Made by a program: the position numbers and the translations under genes. Below are positions 11,970 through 24,388 of a stretch of 64,000 bases of DNA, piece by piece (the first letter of the stretch is position 1; each line of letters starts with the position of its first letter). The DNA comes from Oikopleura dioica (taxonomy: Eukaryota; Animalia; Chordata). The stretch lies in the NCBI GenBank assembly GCA_907165135.1, contig OU015568.1:13640001-13704000 (forward strand). Reading direction: 5' to 3'. The notes beneath the pieces are model-generated. The model was not told the origin of the DNA, did no database searches, and worked only from the letters and a program-made list of their open reading frames with translations.

Positions 11970-14623
11970 TCATGTTGAAATCATATCAGTTCTATAAACG
12001 TGGCTCTGAAGGGCGCCAAGGATGAGTTCATCATTTTCTGCAGAAGAAGTCGCGTTACTTGCTCGGGGCGGCTTGATTGGAGTCGACCTGACAGAGCTTG
12101 TAACACTCGCGTTCGAGCCACGACGACGCGCGCGAGCAGAGCTTTGAGCTTGAGCATTTTGGCTTGGTGGTCGAGGACCGACCGCTGCTTCAAGTTTTCG
12201 TTCTAAAAGTCCGGGTTGTTTCACTTTTTCAAGCTAAAGAATTTACCGAGAAGCTCAATTTCTGCCTCCAGCTTTTCAGAATGCTGCCTTAAATCGTCTC
12301 GACTAGCTTTTTCTTCGGCAAAAAGTGATTCAGCCCTTTCTAGTTGACCTTTCAACAAGGCAATTTCCTTTTCGTGATTTTTAGGGTAAATCACTAATAA
12401 TTGAGCTTTTTTGGGCTTAGTAGGGTAGGCATATAATACAATTTTAGAAAGCTCAGAGGCTGGGGATCATTTTGACTATTGATACTAGGGGTGATCTCGT
12501 ACCCTGAGGGCATTTAGAGCCCTCCAAAGTCCCAAAATCTGGCCATCTTCGGTCACGTGAATTTTCTCCGCCTGGAACGGGTTTTCAGAACCAGAGACAT
12601 AGCTAGAATTGTAGCCCAGGCTTTGACGGTCATTTTGAGGGGTCTAAAAATACTGATTACCCCCTTCCTGAGGCGCTAGAGACCTCCGAAGTTGGGAAGT
12701 CGGCCGAAAATGGGTACTTTTGCAAAAGTACACATTTTTCTTCATTGATGCTTCTGAAACACTTGTAATGAGTCATTCTTTTCATTTTAAGGGAGCAGAA
12801 ACAATTTGGGGTCATCTGAGGTCATTTGAGGTCACGAATTCAATTTTTAAGAATTTTTAGAATATTCACCTCAAGTGACCTCAGATGACCCCAAACTGTT
12901 TCTGCTACCTTAAAATGAAAAGAATTACTCATTACAAGTGTTTCAGAAGCATCAATGAAGAAAATGTGTACTTTTTGCAAAAAAGTACCCATTTTCGGCC
13001 GACTTCCCCAACTTCGGAGGTCTCTAGCGCCTCAGGAAGGGGGGGGTAATCAGTATTTTTAGACCCCTCAAAATGACCGTCAAAGCCTGAGCTACAATTC
13101 TAGCTTTGTCTCTGGTTCTGAAAACCCGTTCCAGGCGGAGAAAATTCACGTGACCGAAGATGGCCAGATTTTGGGACTTTGAGGGCTCTAAATACCCTCA
13201 GGGTACGAGATCACCCCTTAGTATCAATAGTCAAAATGATCCCCAGCTTCTGAGCTTTCTAAAACTGTATTATATGCCTACCCTACTAAGCCCAAAAAAA
13301 AGCTCAATTATTAGTGATTTACCCTAGTGATTTTGCTGATCGGCTGAGTCGCGTTGAGATGCATTCTCAAGCTGCTGATGGAGAGACTCGAGCTCATCAG
13401 ACATTTTATCGACTTTTTGTCGGAGGAACTCGTTTTCAGACTTGAGCTTTTCAGAATGATCCCCTTGTTTGACAATCGGGCCTTTAAATATTACATAAAC
13501 GCATCTGATTGTATCAAGCATACCAGCTAAAGTTGCACTTGGATTTTCTTTTCGACTCTTTCTCAGTTGCGTCTTCAAATACTCGTTTTCGTTTTTCATC
13601 TTAAGCTTTGCATCCAAATCCGTTTTCCTGAGTGTTTCAAGTTGAGTGCGATACTTTTCGTTTTCAATTCGAAGCGTCTCGCATTCTTTGCCAGACACTT
13701 GGATCGCTTTCTTGAGACCTGCGATTTGAGCCTTTCGCTCTCTTCGTGAGGGCTCTTTCTTCCGTTTCTTTGTGGGTGGCCCAAAAGTGGAAATATCAGA
13801 CAAGTAGTTTGAAAGAACCCTGCCCTTTGAACAGACGCTTTCGTTTCCTCCGAACGATCTTGGTTTATGCTCCGCAATCTTTCAAGTTCTTCCACGTAAA
13901 TCTAACAATTTTTAAAAGATTATTCTCGTTTCAAGAAAAAAGTACCTTGAGAGCGATTTTCAATTCATTGACGTCCGTAGTTTTCATTTCAAACTGCAAC
14001 TTGCCAAGATCTACATCTTTTTGTCGGAGATCTCGTTCCAGGCGAATTATTTTGCAACGAAGTTGATCGTTTTTCGTCGAACTAACATTGTGTTCGAGCA
14101 CAAAAATATGAGGAGCAATTACCTTTCTCTGCCATTATCTCCAGAATAAATCTTTTCCAGTTCGGTTTCACGACTTTTTAGCTCTTGTTCGAGTCTTTGA
14201 TTTCTCGTTTTCTTAATCAAAATTATCACCTGTCGTTTTACGTCTTTTTACTTGAGCATTGATGAGTTGTTTCTGCGTTGCAATTTCCTTTCTGGAAGCT
14301 TCAAGCTCATCGTATAAAGTTTCTGGATCGGGGAGAGCTCCGGGCCTGATTTCGTGAAGATTTGAATGAACACAATCAATGAGCTTACCGAATACGAGTT
14401 GGTTTAGGTTTTGTGGTAGAAAACTGCTGTGATTTTTGACATTTTGCATGGCATCCAAAGACGGCGTTGTTGATCGAAAAGCTTTTATTGAAGCTGCCTT
14501 TGAAGCTCTCCTAAGACAAAATTCCAGATTTGCTAATTGGTACAACAATTCATACCCTTTGGAAGATCTCGGTCGAGGCGAAGCCAACGATTGTTGTAGA
14601 TACGGAGACGCGGGGCGCGACAT
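11970..14623 (-). CDS. Hypothetical long coiled-coil protein, interrupted in a late exon by a MITE
   Basis: ORFs 14213..14623, 13324..13803 and 11970..12224 join through short GT-AG introns. Removing the MITE plus one target-site copy restores in-frame ...DQQNHEKEIALLKGQLERAESLF... Confidence 0.7.
12382..13326. mobile_element. Non-autonomous hAT-type palindromic MITE (945 bp)
   Basis: Near-perfect ~450-bp inverted arms starting TAGGGTAAATCACTAATAATTGAGC and ending GCTCAATTATTAGTGATTTACCCTA, with a ~35-bp spacer (~12833-12867). 8-bp target-site duplication GTGATTTT at 12374-12381 and 13327-13334. No ORF. An 8-bp TSD with TAGGG termini is typical of hAT. Confidence 0.92.
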
Positions 14624-14820
14624 TATCTTTAAAAATATTTGATGAATGGAAGGCTGTTTGACTATCGAGATTATAATTTCTTGTTACAGTTACAGTAAGT
14701 TATTGCAAACGTTTTTTTTGGAGTAAGTTGTGACAGCTGTTCTTAGCTAAGTTTATTTTGCTGCGGAATGTGCATGTGCGGTAAAAAATACAGAATCGGG
14801 CGAGTACTCTTTTTATACGC

Positions 14821-15237
14821 TCAGCTGGAGCCGGCCGAATCGCTGCCGCGTTTGGTCAGTTCTTGAAGCAAGCCGAGGGCCTAAAACATCATAAATATTC
14901 TTCTCTCTTCAATAGTGAAATCTAAGAAGAGCAAATATGTACCTCATTCATTTCTGTTTGATATGTTTTGATAGCCGCCGCCCGTTCGCGCTGCATTTCC
15001 AAGTTTTCAGCCATAATTTCTTTTCTTGGTTTTTAATTTTTCTCTATCTTTGATCTGGTAAAATTTAAAAACTATTCCTTTGAAAGAGGTTTTGATCTCT
15101 GCGAGTTCTGATCTGTAGAGCTCTGCTTCTTCCGGCGACAGATATTTCATCTTTTCTTCGATTTTATCCATTCTGGTGGCGGTGTTTTCAACTTTCAACG
15201 CCATTTCTTTCTGTTTTTGATCGTTTGGGCTCGACAT
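14821..15237 (-). CDS. Small hypothetical coiled-coil protein (~3 exons)
   Basis: MSSPNDQKQKEMALKVENTATRMDKIEEK... continues via short introns to ...ALGLLQELTKRGSDSAGSS*. Confidence 0.55.
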
Positions 15238-15302
15238 TTCTATAAATCATGAAGGATCAGCTTTAGATAAACAACTTTCTCGTTTTATGATCAGTTTGAT
15301 AT

Positions 15303-15915
15303 TTATTGACTGGATTCAAGTCCAGGGCAATCTTCATCTGCGCTTTCTTCATCCGAGCTGTCGTCATCTAAGTCAAAAAATATAGTATTTAAAACAGGAA
15401 TAAAGATATAAGTATTACCTGAGCTTGAATCGGAGTATTCGACCTGAATGCGGTTCATAATCATCGGAAGATCATCGTCTGAATCTTCCTCTCCTTCGCT
15501 TCCATCTAATTCTTCTTTGTTATTTACAGTATCCGTACAATTTTGACCGTCTCCACCAGGGTGTCGTGAATCGTTCTCAAATTGAAGTGGAAACTGTTTC
15601 ATTTTCTTCAGCTGTTTGATATTATCAGGCTGAAGTACTCTAAATGAACAAACCATTCGTAAAGGAATATCTTTCGGTTGACACTCACCTGACGATTTCA
15701 TATTTAACCTTCTCTCCTTCAAAGATCGGCTCACAGATGACATAAGTATTGCGCTTCACCCAAATCGTATTTCTGAACTTTTGCGGAAGTGATGCTAGAC
15801 TACGCTCGCCGAATTGATTCTCAATTTGGAACAGATACGATCCTGGCGAGCTGAGCACACGCTGAATCGACTGGAGAGATGTCAACTTGTCTATTTCCTC
15901 GTCAGCTTCAGCCAT
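15303..15915 (-). CDS. EIF1AD: Probable RNA-binding protein EIF1AD
   Basis: S1/IF1-like domain IQRVLSSPGSYLFQIE...SLPQKFRNTIWVKRNTYVICEPIFEGEKVKYEI with an acidic C-terminal tail. Confidence 0.9.
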
Positions 15916-16389
15916 GACATATTTTTTCTGACAAAAATTGTGAATTGAATTTTTGAAAAATGAATTTTCACCTTTGTAAGTGCACTCATGATTATTAAAA
16001 ATAGATAGCTTCTCTTTCGCGTGCCTTCTTCTGACACGTTCTCCCTCAGAAGAAGGCTCCTATCGGGCCATTCTGAAGAAAAAAAAAACGATGCGCATGG
16101 AGAGATGGCTTTGAAATCTTTATTTCAGTTAATAAGTCATACAGTAGCAGAAAGAAAAAAAAGCTAAAGACAAGTAGTATTGAAGAAATGATTAGATACA
16201 AACTCTACTTTGGAGATTTGGCTAACAATACAGTCAAATAGGGAAAGAGCAGTTGAACAGAAATCGAAACAAGCGGCAGTTAGCATAGTCGGCGCATCAA
16301 ATGCTTCAACCGCAGGCAATTATAAGGCCTTACGGTTAGAATTGAAAAATGGATTGCTCTACTTTGAAATTGGCTGGGGCTACAGAAGC

Positions 16390-19300
16390 TCAGTTCTCTT
16401 CTTCAGACGCTCTGCTTTGATTGAAGGTGAAATTCAAATTGTGAATTTCGCAGTTGACGTCTATCTTCGTTGGAGAATCTTGAATGGAGCCATTATAACT
16501 TGGTCAAATATCAAATAACGGACAAGTTACAATCTTTAGTAATGAAAGAGAAACACACTACGACTCAAAACACCAGAACTATCACCTTATGATTTCATTT
16601 TTTGCCGCTACCTGCTTTTGGAACCTTCGTCTTTTTCGCTCTACTTGAAGGTTTTGGAAAACTACTAGCGTCAGAACTAACCCTTGGCTCAGTAAATCAA
16701 GTAACTACGAATATATAGCAAAAATACATTTCAAAATAAAGTGGAGCCAGTTCCTTCTACGGGAAAACCCATCACCACCGCTTCCGTGTTTTCTTTTCTT
16801 TTTTTGGCCATCGATCAATTCTTTTAACATTTCCATCGTAATTTGAGTGTTTTCAAGTTGTTGTCTTGTTTTTTGACCCCTACGAAGGCTGCAAAGAAGC
16901 AAAACTGCGAGCACTTGAAGCGCTAGAAGAACTTTTTTCCTAGACCCTACAACGAAATTCATACCGATCACAACAGAACCAGCGATGATTATTTTTTCCA
17001 GAGTCGTGTCTAGTCTATCGATTTCCGTAAAAAGAAATTTCACCAGTTCCAAAAGGCGGCTTATCTGCTCCTGAGTTTGCTGTGTAGCCACTTCAGACTT
17101 GGTCAATCGACTCGAGGTTTTTTCAAAACTAAAGACAATATTTATACTTTTTCTCCCGTGAGTCTGTATTTTAATAACATTGAGAACGGTAGTGTCAGTG
17201 ATGGCTGACGAGAGCCATTCTCAATTAACGATGCTACAGTACTTTCTCTGAACAGAGGAATTGAGAACCGGAACCTCATCGTACGTGTTAGCAAATTTTT
17301 GACGCTTGCTTTATGCGAGCAGTGTTCAACAAAACAAAAACTTGAAGTAGCTACCTCGCGCGAACGTCATCCATTTGCTTTTTGTAGGTCTGACTCAGAG
17401 TTTCAAGATACGATCCCATCCAGGTCAGATTTTTTTTCTAGCTTGGCAATTTGCTTCAACGCTCCAGTAGTGGAACTCACTACTTGTGTGTCACCCTATT
17501 CAAAAGTCATGATTTTATGCGAAATTCAATCAGTATCAGTTAATCGACTCTTTCCTTCGGCGCTCCCGAATTGGGCTTCGGGGAGGAATTGGTGGAGTTA
17601 CTAGCCACTGGTGGAGAAGATTTAGCAGCCTGAAATCAAATGTCGAAATCAAGGAAGAAGACAAGATCACTCTCACCATCTCCGGTTTATTATTATTCAA
17701 TATTTGCTGCTCTGCTCTTTCACTCATTGTGCCAGTACTTTGATCAGACTCAGCAGGAGGAGAAATATGAGTTACTCGTTGGTTCACGATTCTTTCAGTC
17801 AGAGGGGAGTTAAAATCAGCATCAGCGTAGACATTACAACCAAAGTTACAAGAGCTGAAAAGAGGAATCAAAAGAGCACAATGAATGTTGGCTTTTATAT
17901 TTGTTGTTGATCTTGATTCGAGTTATTAATGGGGAATCAAAAGAGAATGATGATCAGTGAGGAACGTCGAATGTGGACTAAGTTCTGGAGAGGCGCACCT
18001 TACGCTGTTTCTTTTTAATCTTTTCCGAACAGCATAACCTACTACCTCATGCAGAACTAGTCCTTCATGTAATAAAATCTCTAGATTGAACAGAACTGGG
18101 AAGATCATTTTTGGTACTTCACTATGCGTACCGATGGACAAGAGCATTCCAATGGCATGATGAGAGCTCAGCTCGCAATTCACGATGGGCAATCAGGTCC
18201 TCGGGCTCTGTAAGCCCGTCGTTTCCTACAGGCGCGCCAGTCAAGATCTTTTTTATGCCATTAATTATATTCTTGACGCCGGATTCACCAGTCGCCACGG
18301 GGACCGCTTCACCCTCTTGATCGGCATCTTCCTCATCATCTTCATAATCATTACTTCTTTGAGCGTCTATTGGAAAGCCAAAGACTTGTAAACTCGTGAG
18401 AACGGAAAAGGGCTCGTCGCCCGAGTACTCGAGCGCTTCGTATTTGACGAACTTGAAGTATTGATGTGTCATTGTCACGTTGAAGTTCTACAAAACAAGT
18501 TACGCTACTGCATCGACTATTTCCTGTTTCTACCTCTTTCAGAAGATTGGATTTTCCCGAAGGCTCAATATCAAAAACGCCTAGAAAATGCCACTCTGAT
18601 TTTACTTTATCGGCAGCTTGGAGGCTAAATTTCGACGGGCGAGAGGCAAACAACTCGTTTACTCCGATGAAGAGTCGCTGTATTTGTATTTCCTCGCATA
18701 ATTCTACAGTAAACGCAAATTTCTTGTCGATTGGCGCCTTTGCATACTTGTCGAAATCGTTGTTGATGACGTTTTTGGCGCCCTAAAATAAGTATTCATA
18801 TCGCGAAAATGGTCGCGAGAAGTTCAGGGGAGCATATTACGACTTTATGGGTAGATTATGATAATTATCGAAATGTTTATGCGACACTCAAAAAAGTTGC
18901 ATGATCTTGACCAAATTATGGTTGAGTAAATTTGGGAGCTAGTTCGTGGGTCCTGTGGAAAAATACTGGCTCCATTAGGAGCTGGTGATTTTTGATCCCC
19001 GCGCTCTCTGGCTAAAGCTGCCTCGGGTAGCGGACTGCGCCCCCGCACACATTGCCACGGCCAAGATCTACAGCAGCTACTCACCGTAACGTCTGGGGCC
19101 GATTTCTCTATCCGAGCGCCGCACGAGTCCGATGCAAAGTTTTTCGTCGTTTTCGACGTTAATTTCCACGTTTCTTTCTGCTCCTCGTCGATTCTTGCTT
19201 CAACGAGCGCGTCGTCTTCTTCCACATCATCGACTGTGCCCTGTCCGTCCGTCTCCAATCTGCTCACGACGTTGTTAAATGTCTCGACGTTAACCTGCTC

Positions 19301-19438
19301 TGGGACGATGTTGCTATCGTCTTCTGCCGAGGCAGGTGCATATTCCCCTGGCCGCACTTCTTCGGCAACGGGCTCATCGTTAGTCTGCTCCTCTTCCAGC
19401 TCAATGGCTCGTCTCGTTCTCTCTGCAGCCTCCTCCAC
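16390..19438 (-). CDS. SUCO: SUN domain-containing ossification factor (SUCO/SLP1) homolog; 5' and 3' ends approximate
   Basis: KNFASDSCGARIEKSAPD; FTVELCEEIQIQRLFIGVNELFASRPSKF; YFKFVKYEALEYSGDEPFSVLTSLQVFG; coiled coil LEKNLTWMGSYLETLSQTYKKQM (needs one base removed from an A8 run at ~17430); C-terminal TM segment. First exon not located. Confidence 0.85.
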
Positions 19439-21289
19439 TGGCTTCGTCGTCTAGAATTGACCACGTGAATTTAAAAAAATCGCGGAAAATATAAAAATCG
19501 AGTTGTTTTCATTTCGATGTCGAACTTGACACTGAAGCTCGTTGCCGCTGGTGCGAGTGTGTGTGTATCTCTCTGGCGAGGCGCTGCTCGCCTAGTCTCA
19601 CGTACGATGAAAAATGAGCCGGCCCGATCTCCTCAGCGTGGAGAGGGCAGGAGATCTCTCCGGGCACACTGGTGCCGTATCCACTCTAATATGCGTCGCT
19701 CGCCGCTCCACCGTGGTTTGGAGCGCGCGCCACCGCGCTCCTTTAGAACGCACCAATCTCTTGTGCCTATGCTCGCCTCATCCAGCAGGCATTGGCCCTC
19801 GTGAACTCGTGAAGCTAAGGGCGCCAAGAAACGAGCGCGCCGGACTGCCTCTTACGAATGGCGCCTTTTCTAGGGTGCCCAAGGACTGCTTTCTACCACA
19901 CTCTTTATGACAAATGATACAGTATCCCTCGCCCTGGAAAGTAAAGCTCCACTTGTCAATATAAAATGAAAAAACGCACGGAGACGGGGCTTTGTAGGGC
20001 CCGCCGGAATAAGGAACACGAGTAGGAGCATTTTAAGGATTAGCTAACCGAATTTTAGCCAAAGTAGCCAAGTAACTTCCCTGAAACGAGTCCATTATGT
20101 TATTTTTGGGCCTACTGCGGGCCGCTCTACCATCCTCGCGAATTCGTTAGGCCTCGTAACAGACCTCAATCGACCAGACCGAAGAGTACAGTGTCATAGG
20201 CGCTATCAACGTGTTAGCCCGAGTTTTGGCCACGACTCACACAGTTGACCATGGAGTAGACCGAGCAAGGCTCAATCACTCATTCTCAATTCTTTGCTTA
20301 TCAATGAAAATCAACGCCAATGAGTTTTTAGTGGAAAAAAATGTTGTTTTCCGATCTCTGAGCTCGTTCTTTATGCTAATTTTCTTTGGAAAGTGAAATT
20401 AGGTAGATGGTTTATCAAGTGTTTTTAAGATTTCCATCGTCGAAAACTGTTTTCAAGCTCATTAATTATGCTCGTACGAATCTCTTAGTACGATCAAGAA
20501 TATTGAAATCATCGGACTCTCGATAAACGAAATTTGAATATTTTTCTGACGAGTTGGTTCAAAATGGAATAAGCGAGATTATTCTTCATCAACTAAAACA
20601 CTCAAGGATGATCAAAACACAAAGGAGACGAGAACAATTAATAGCTGATCTGCTGAATTGAACTGTCACCTGTGAAGTATCCGATTTCGATACTTCGATG
20701 GTATTCTTGCTACGTATCTACAGCACCGCGAAAGGCACGAAAAAAAAGACGCGAATTTTGAAATAATTGAAAGGTGCGTCAAGGTGCGGATTTTGCTTAT
20801 TAACTTTTCTGGCGACAGGGCCGGTGCCCCGCTGGGCGCAGCTCTCCTCGTTGGTGCCGAACGAAAAGAAAAAAATGAAATTTTCTGCTGATATCGGCAG
20901 CCCGTCAAGTTTATGGTGAAAGTCAAGTCAGACGGCCAAGGTCACGTAGAATACCGCACCGCGGCCGGCACCTTCGGGCTCAAGCAAAAAGAAAAACCAA
21001 CGAGCAAGCTCGAACGAAAAAGACTCTTTCGCAAATCATCATCAATTACACCACTCATATAAACTCAAACAATTAAATTTTGAAATAACTTTTCCCGGAA
21101 AAATGAATAGACGCTCTCAGAATGAGAATAAAAAAACGCGCCATAGAAAAGTCACACAACTACAAATTTCTATTCCACATTAAGAAAACAATTGAATAAA
21201 AATAAAATGCTTAGAATCGTTTCTAATTTGCAAAATGTTTATCAACGGACATGATATGATCCGGAAACCTGTGTAGAAAACATTACGAT

Positions 21290-21557
21290 TCCAATCTATA
21301 TTCAAATTCTGGCGAAGCTGCTTTGCAGCATCGTAGAAAAAAAATCGTTTTTCATTGAACATCCTTCAGACCCTGACTCAACTATTCAGGTGTATCTACT
21401 CATATTGCCGAAATCAGAATATGATCTGATTGAAGATAAGACTTACCTCCGTTAATATTTTTCCAGGAGCATCTTCATTTTCTTCAAGAATAGAATTCTC
21501 GGGGATGTCTGAGCAGAGCCCGATTCCGATCACTAGAAACGCCAACAGACAGCGCAT
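21290..21557 (-). CDS. Hypothetical secreted protein (first exons; remainder unresolved, may extend toward 20.2 kb)
   Basis: MRCLLAFLVIGIGLCSDIPENSILEENEDAPGKILTE followed by a GTAAGT donor. A second exon reads GLKDMFNEKRFFFYDAAKQL... Confidence 0.4.
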
Positions 21558-21698
21558 ACTACGGAAACTCTAACTGAAGGTGCAGCTCGAGTCCATATCT
21601 GAATAGATGATATTTGTCTTCCCTTGATGTTTTCGAATAAGTTGAATGATCATTGAAGAATTGAATAAAGAATGAGTGAAAAAAGAAATGAAGAAATT

Positions 21699-23694
21699 CT
21701 AGAGCTTGTAGACGCAGTCGCGCGCCCATTTTAGATTCTTGAGGAGCAGTTGCATTGCCTCGCACTGAAATAGAAAAACTCTCTAGTGGCGTGATTGGTA
21801 TGTTAAGGGCGTACCCATTGATCGCCGGAGGAAAAGGAAAACTTCACTGGATACCATTGATTGGAGCTATTCGTTTTCTGAATCTGGCCCTTTTCAATCT
21901 TGTACGGCCAGGTAATGCCGCTGCTAGCCATTTTGTCTCTGATCTGACAGAGAATATCTGTAATGAATATTAATTACCAAAAAGTGGCACCGAAAATGGC
22001 TGTACCTAAATATGCAGAAACGCCGCTATCGAAGCCCCGTTCGCCGAAAACGCGCGATTTGACGCTCCTAGAAGTGTACAGTGGCAGCCGGTTGCCCTTT
22101 TCGTCTTCGATGAAGCTTTTCTCGCCGAGTGGGACGAGAGTAAAACGCTCGAATTTCTCCATTTTGAGCTTCTTCGCCACTGCTACTGTCAATAACGCAG
22201 TCTTTAATTAATTAGTTTTTTAATAAATTCTATTAAAATAAATATATACCTGTCCCCACGCGGCAGCGATTTCATTCCAGGGTACTTCTTCAGATTCGCT
22301 CCAGCCGAGTCGGAGGCCATTAATAACGCCGAACTTCCCTTTTCGCGAAATGTGAAAAGCGGCGGCGAGGGGAGTAGTGCTCTTGAGACGCTGAACGTGT
22401 GCCTGAAGTGCTCGATTCTGAAGATTTGTTGAAATCGACACTTCTTCGGCTTGGAACATTCGCGCCTGAAAATAATAATATATACCGTTTTCGGAATTTT
22501 TTCTCTAAAAATTTTACCTTCAGCGTTGCATATTCTTTCTCTAGCTCGTATTCTTTGTCTTTTAGCTCTGAAACTTCGGACTTCAACTTGGTGACCTCGC
22601 TTCTGTAGCTTTCAAACTCATTCATCGCCTGATCAAGTCGTTTTCTCTGCTCAGCCTCCTGCTTTTCAAGCTCTTTGAGCTCCAGCTCAACTTGATCCAC
22701 GTCTTCGTCATCTTCAAAGTCTTTCCCAAATGCCTCGATCGCCGTCTTATAATGCTGCGTGTCCTCTTCCACTTCGTCGATTCTTTTCTGAAGCTCGATC
22801 GCCAGCAGCTTGTTGCACGCGGCGCACGATTCAAGGTCGATCTTACCCTAAAAGAAGAAAATTGAGCGACTCTATTGAAGGTTTTTTCGAAAAAAAAAGT
22901 TTTTTTTTTCACGAAAAATGTAAAAAAACATTACGATATTTTGATTTCGATAAAAAAGAACGAAGAAAATGCCATATTTGGGGATTCAAAGCCAACTTTC
23001 TTGGAATTGTTTTTCAGCACTTGCTTGGCCTTGCTTTTTCTGGCAGGTGAAAAATAGAGAGACGAGCCATAAAAAATAGATTTAGCTTGATAGTCGTCGA
23101 GGATCACTCAAGTTCAACATTTGAACTTTAGTCGAAGAATAGTGGAACTAGCAATACCTCTAAAATCTGTTCCACCAAATCGGCCACGTGCAGCTTGTGG
23201 GAGAAGCTTTCTCTATCCTTTCCAGATTCATCGGCTGTTCAAGGGATGAGCCGAAGCTCCGGTTAAAAACAAAGTTAAAAAGTCGGTTTCTTTCAGCCCT
23301 TTTTCCTGTGGTGATAACGAATGAGTCAGCATCGTGATCCGAGGCAGACTGAAAAGAAAAATCAGAGGAAAGACTTTTTTGAAATTGCGCCTTTTCTGAA
23401 TTTTATAAGATACTCCCAATGGCGCCTAAAATAAATTAGGGTGTCAAGCGAGACTTTTTATAGAAGCGAATTTTTTCAGTCTCTCGAAAATTATCAATAG
23501 ATTGAAAAAATAATTTTCTGACCCGTTGATGAGAAAATTTAGATTACATTTATCCGGACACCCTAGAATCCGAAGATCACTTATCGAAAACGCTTAGCGT
23601 TTTTTATATTTTCAAAATTCAAACCTCGCACTTTTACCTTTCTACTGAATTGGCTTGATTCTGTAGATCCGCCAGAGTCCAGCAAGTCTGGCAT
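21699..23694 (-). CDS. BECN1: Beclin-1 / ATG6
   Basis: IDLESCAAC; coiled coil; AFHISRKGKFGVINGLRLG...VPWNEIAAAWGQ; RFTLVPLGEKSFI; LPLY; C-terminal QWCEAMQLLLKNLKWARDCVYKL*. The start codon is inferred. Confidence 0.9.
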
Positions 23695-23834
23695 TTGCTG
23701 CTGAATCTTCTTTTATGAGGCAATTCTCTTGTGTTTCTTGTCTGAGTTCTTCCAGGAGGGAAAAGGCCGAGGATATTTTTCAGAGACGTCGCATATCGAC
23801 CAATTGGCGCGCGGGGAGAACACGCGAACCCGAG

Positions 23835-24388
23835 GGAGCACACTCAAATGCGCGGCGCACTCATTTGCGCGAGCGCTCAAACGCGGGGACGCTCATTTGC
23901 ACGGACACGGGCGAAAGAGTGTCCCCCGCGAATGAGCGTTTGATTTAATTGGTCGACGATGAAAAATACCTGAGGATTTTAAAACAGAACAAAAACCACG
24001 ACTCAGTGGTGTCAGTTCTTAGATTTTTATCAAATAAAAATCGGAACAATTTCCTAAAAGACTAATCACCGGGAAGAAATGAAAATGAAGATTAATCTCT
24101 TTCAATTAGTCATGAAGTGTTATGCAATAATTGTCCAGAATTTTTAAGATGATCATACAATGTGTCATTTTATCTTATATTTGGAAAATACAGCAATTAG
24201 AGTGAGAAATACACTGATGAACACTTTTAAGTTAGTATTTTCGGAGAAATATTCTTGCGCTTATTTTCGACCAATTAAATCAAACGCTCATTCGCGGGGA
24301 CACTCTTTCGCTCGTGTCCGTGCAAATGAGCGTCTCCCGCATTTGAGCGCTCGCGCAAATGAGTGCGCCGCGCATTTGAGTGTGCTCC
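23835..24388. mobile_element. Non-autonomous Mutator-like (MULE) element / MITE (554 bp)
   Basis: 122-bp terminal inverted repeats (23835-23956 and 24267-24388) beginning GGAGCACACTCAAATG. 9-bp target-site duplication GAACCCGAG at 23826-23834 and 24389-24397. Repeated CTCATTTG/CTCAAATG motifs inside the TIRs and an AT-rich ~310-bp core. Confidence 0.88.

Noticed and set aside
17430-17437. +1 frameshift in the SUCO coiled coil at an A8 run
   Set aside because: A7 restores LEKNLTWMGSYLETL. Same homopolymer-error pattern; needs a read check rather than a biological explanation.
18785-19083. GC-rich segment in a ~300-bp SUCO intron as a possible snRNA/snoRNA
   Set aside because: No C/D, H/ACA, Sm-site or spliceosomal snRNA motifs were recognised.
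19724-19742. Minus-strand GGAGCGCGGTGGCGCGCGC resembling the 5' Alu hairpin of 7SL RNA
   Set aside because: It is not followed by the UGU motif, and no SRP54-binding helix 8 is present downstream.
19575-19935. RNase P/MRP RNA interpretation (5' AGGGCGAGGG, TGAGACTAGG, AGTCCGG/CCGGCT)
   Set aside because: The CR-I GGAA consensus and P1 end-pairing cannot be satisfied together. The matches are short and mutually inconsistent.
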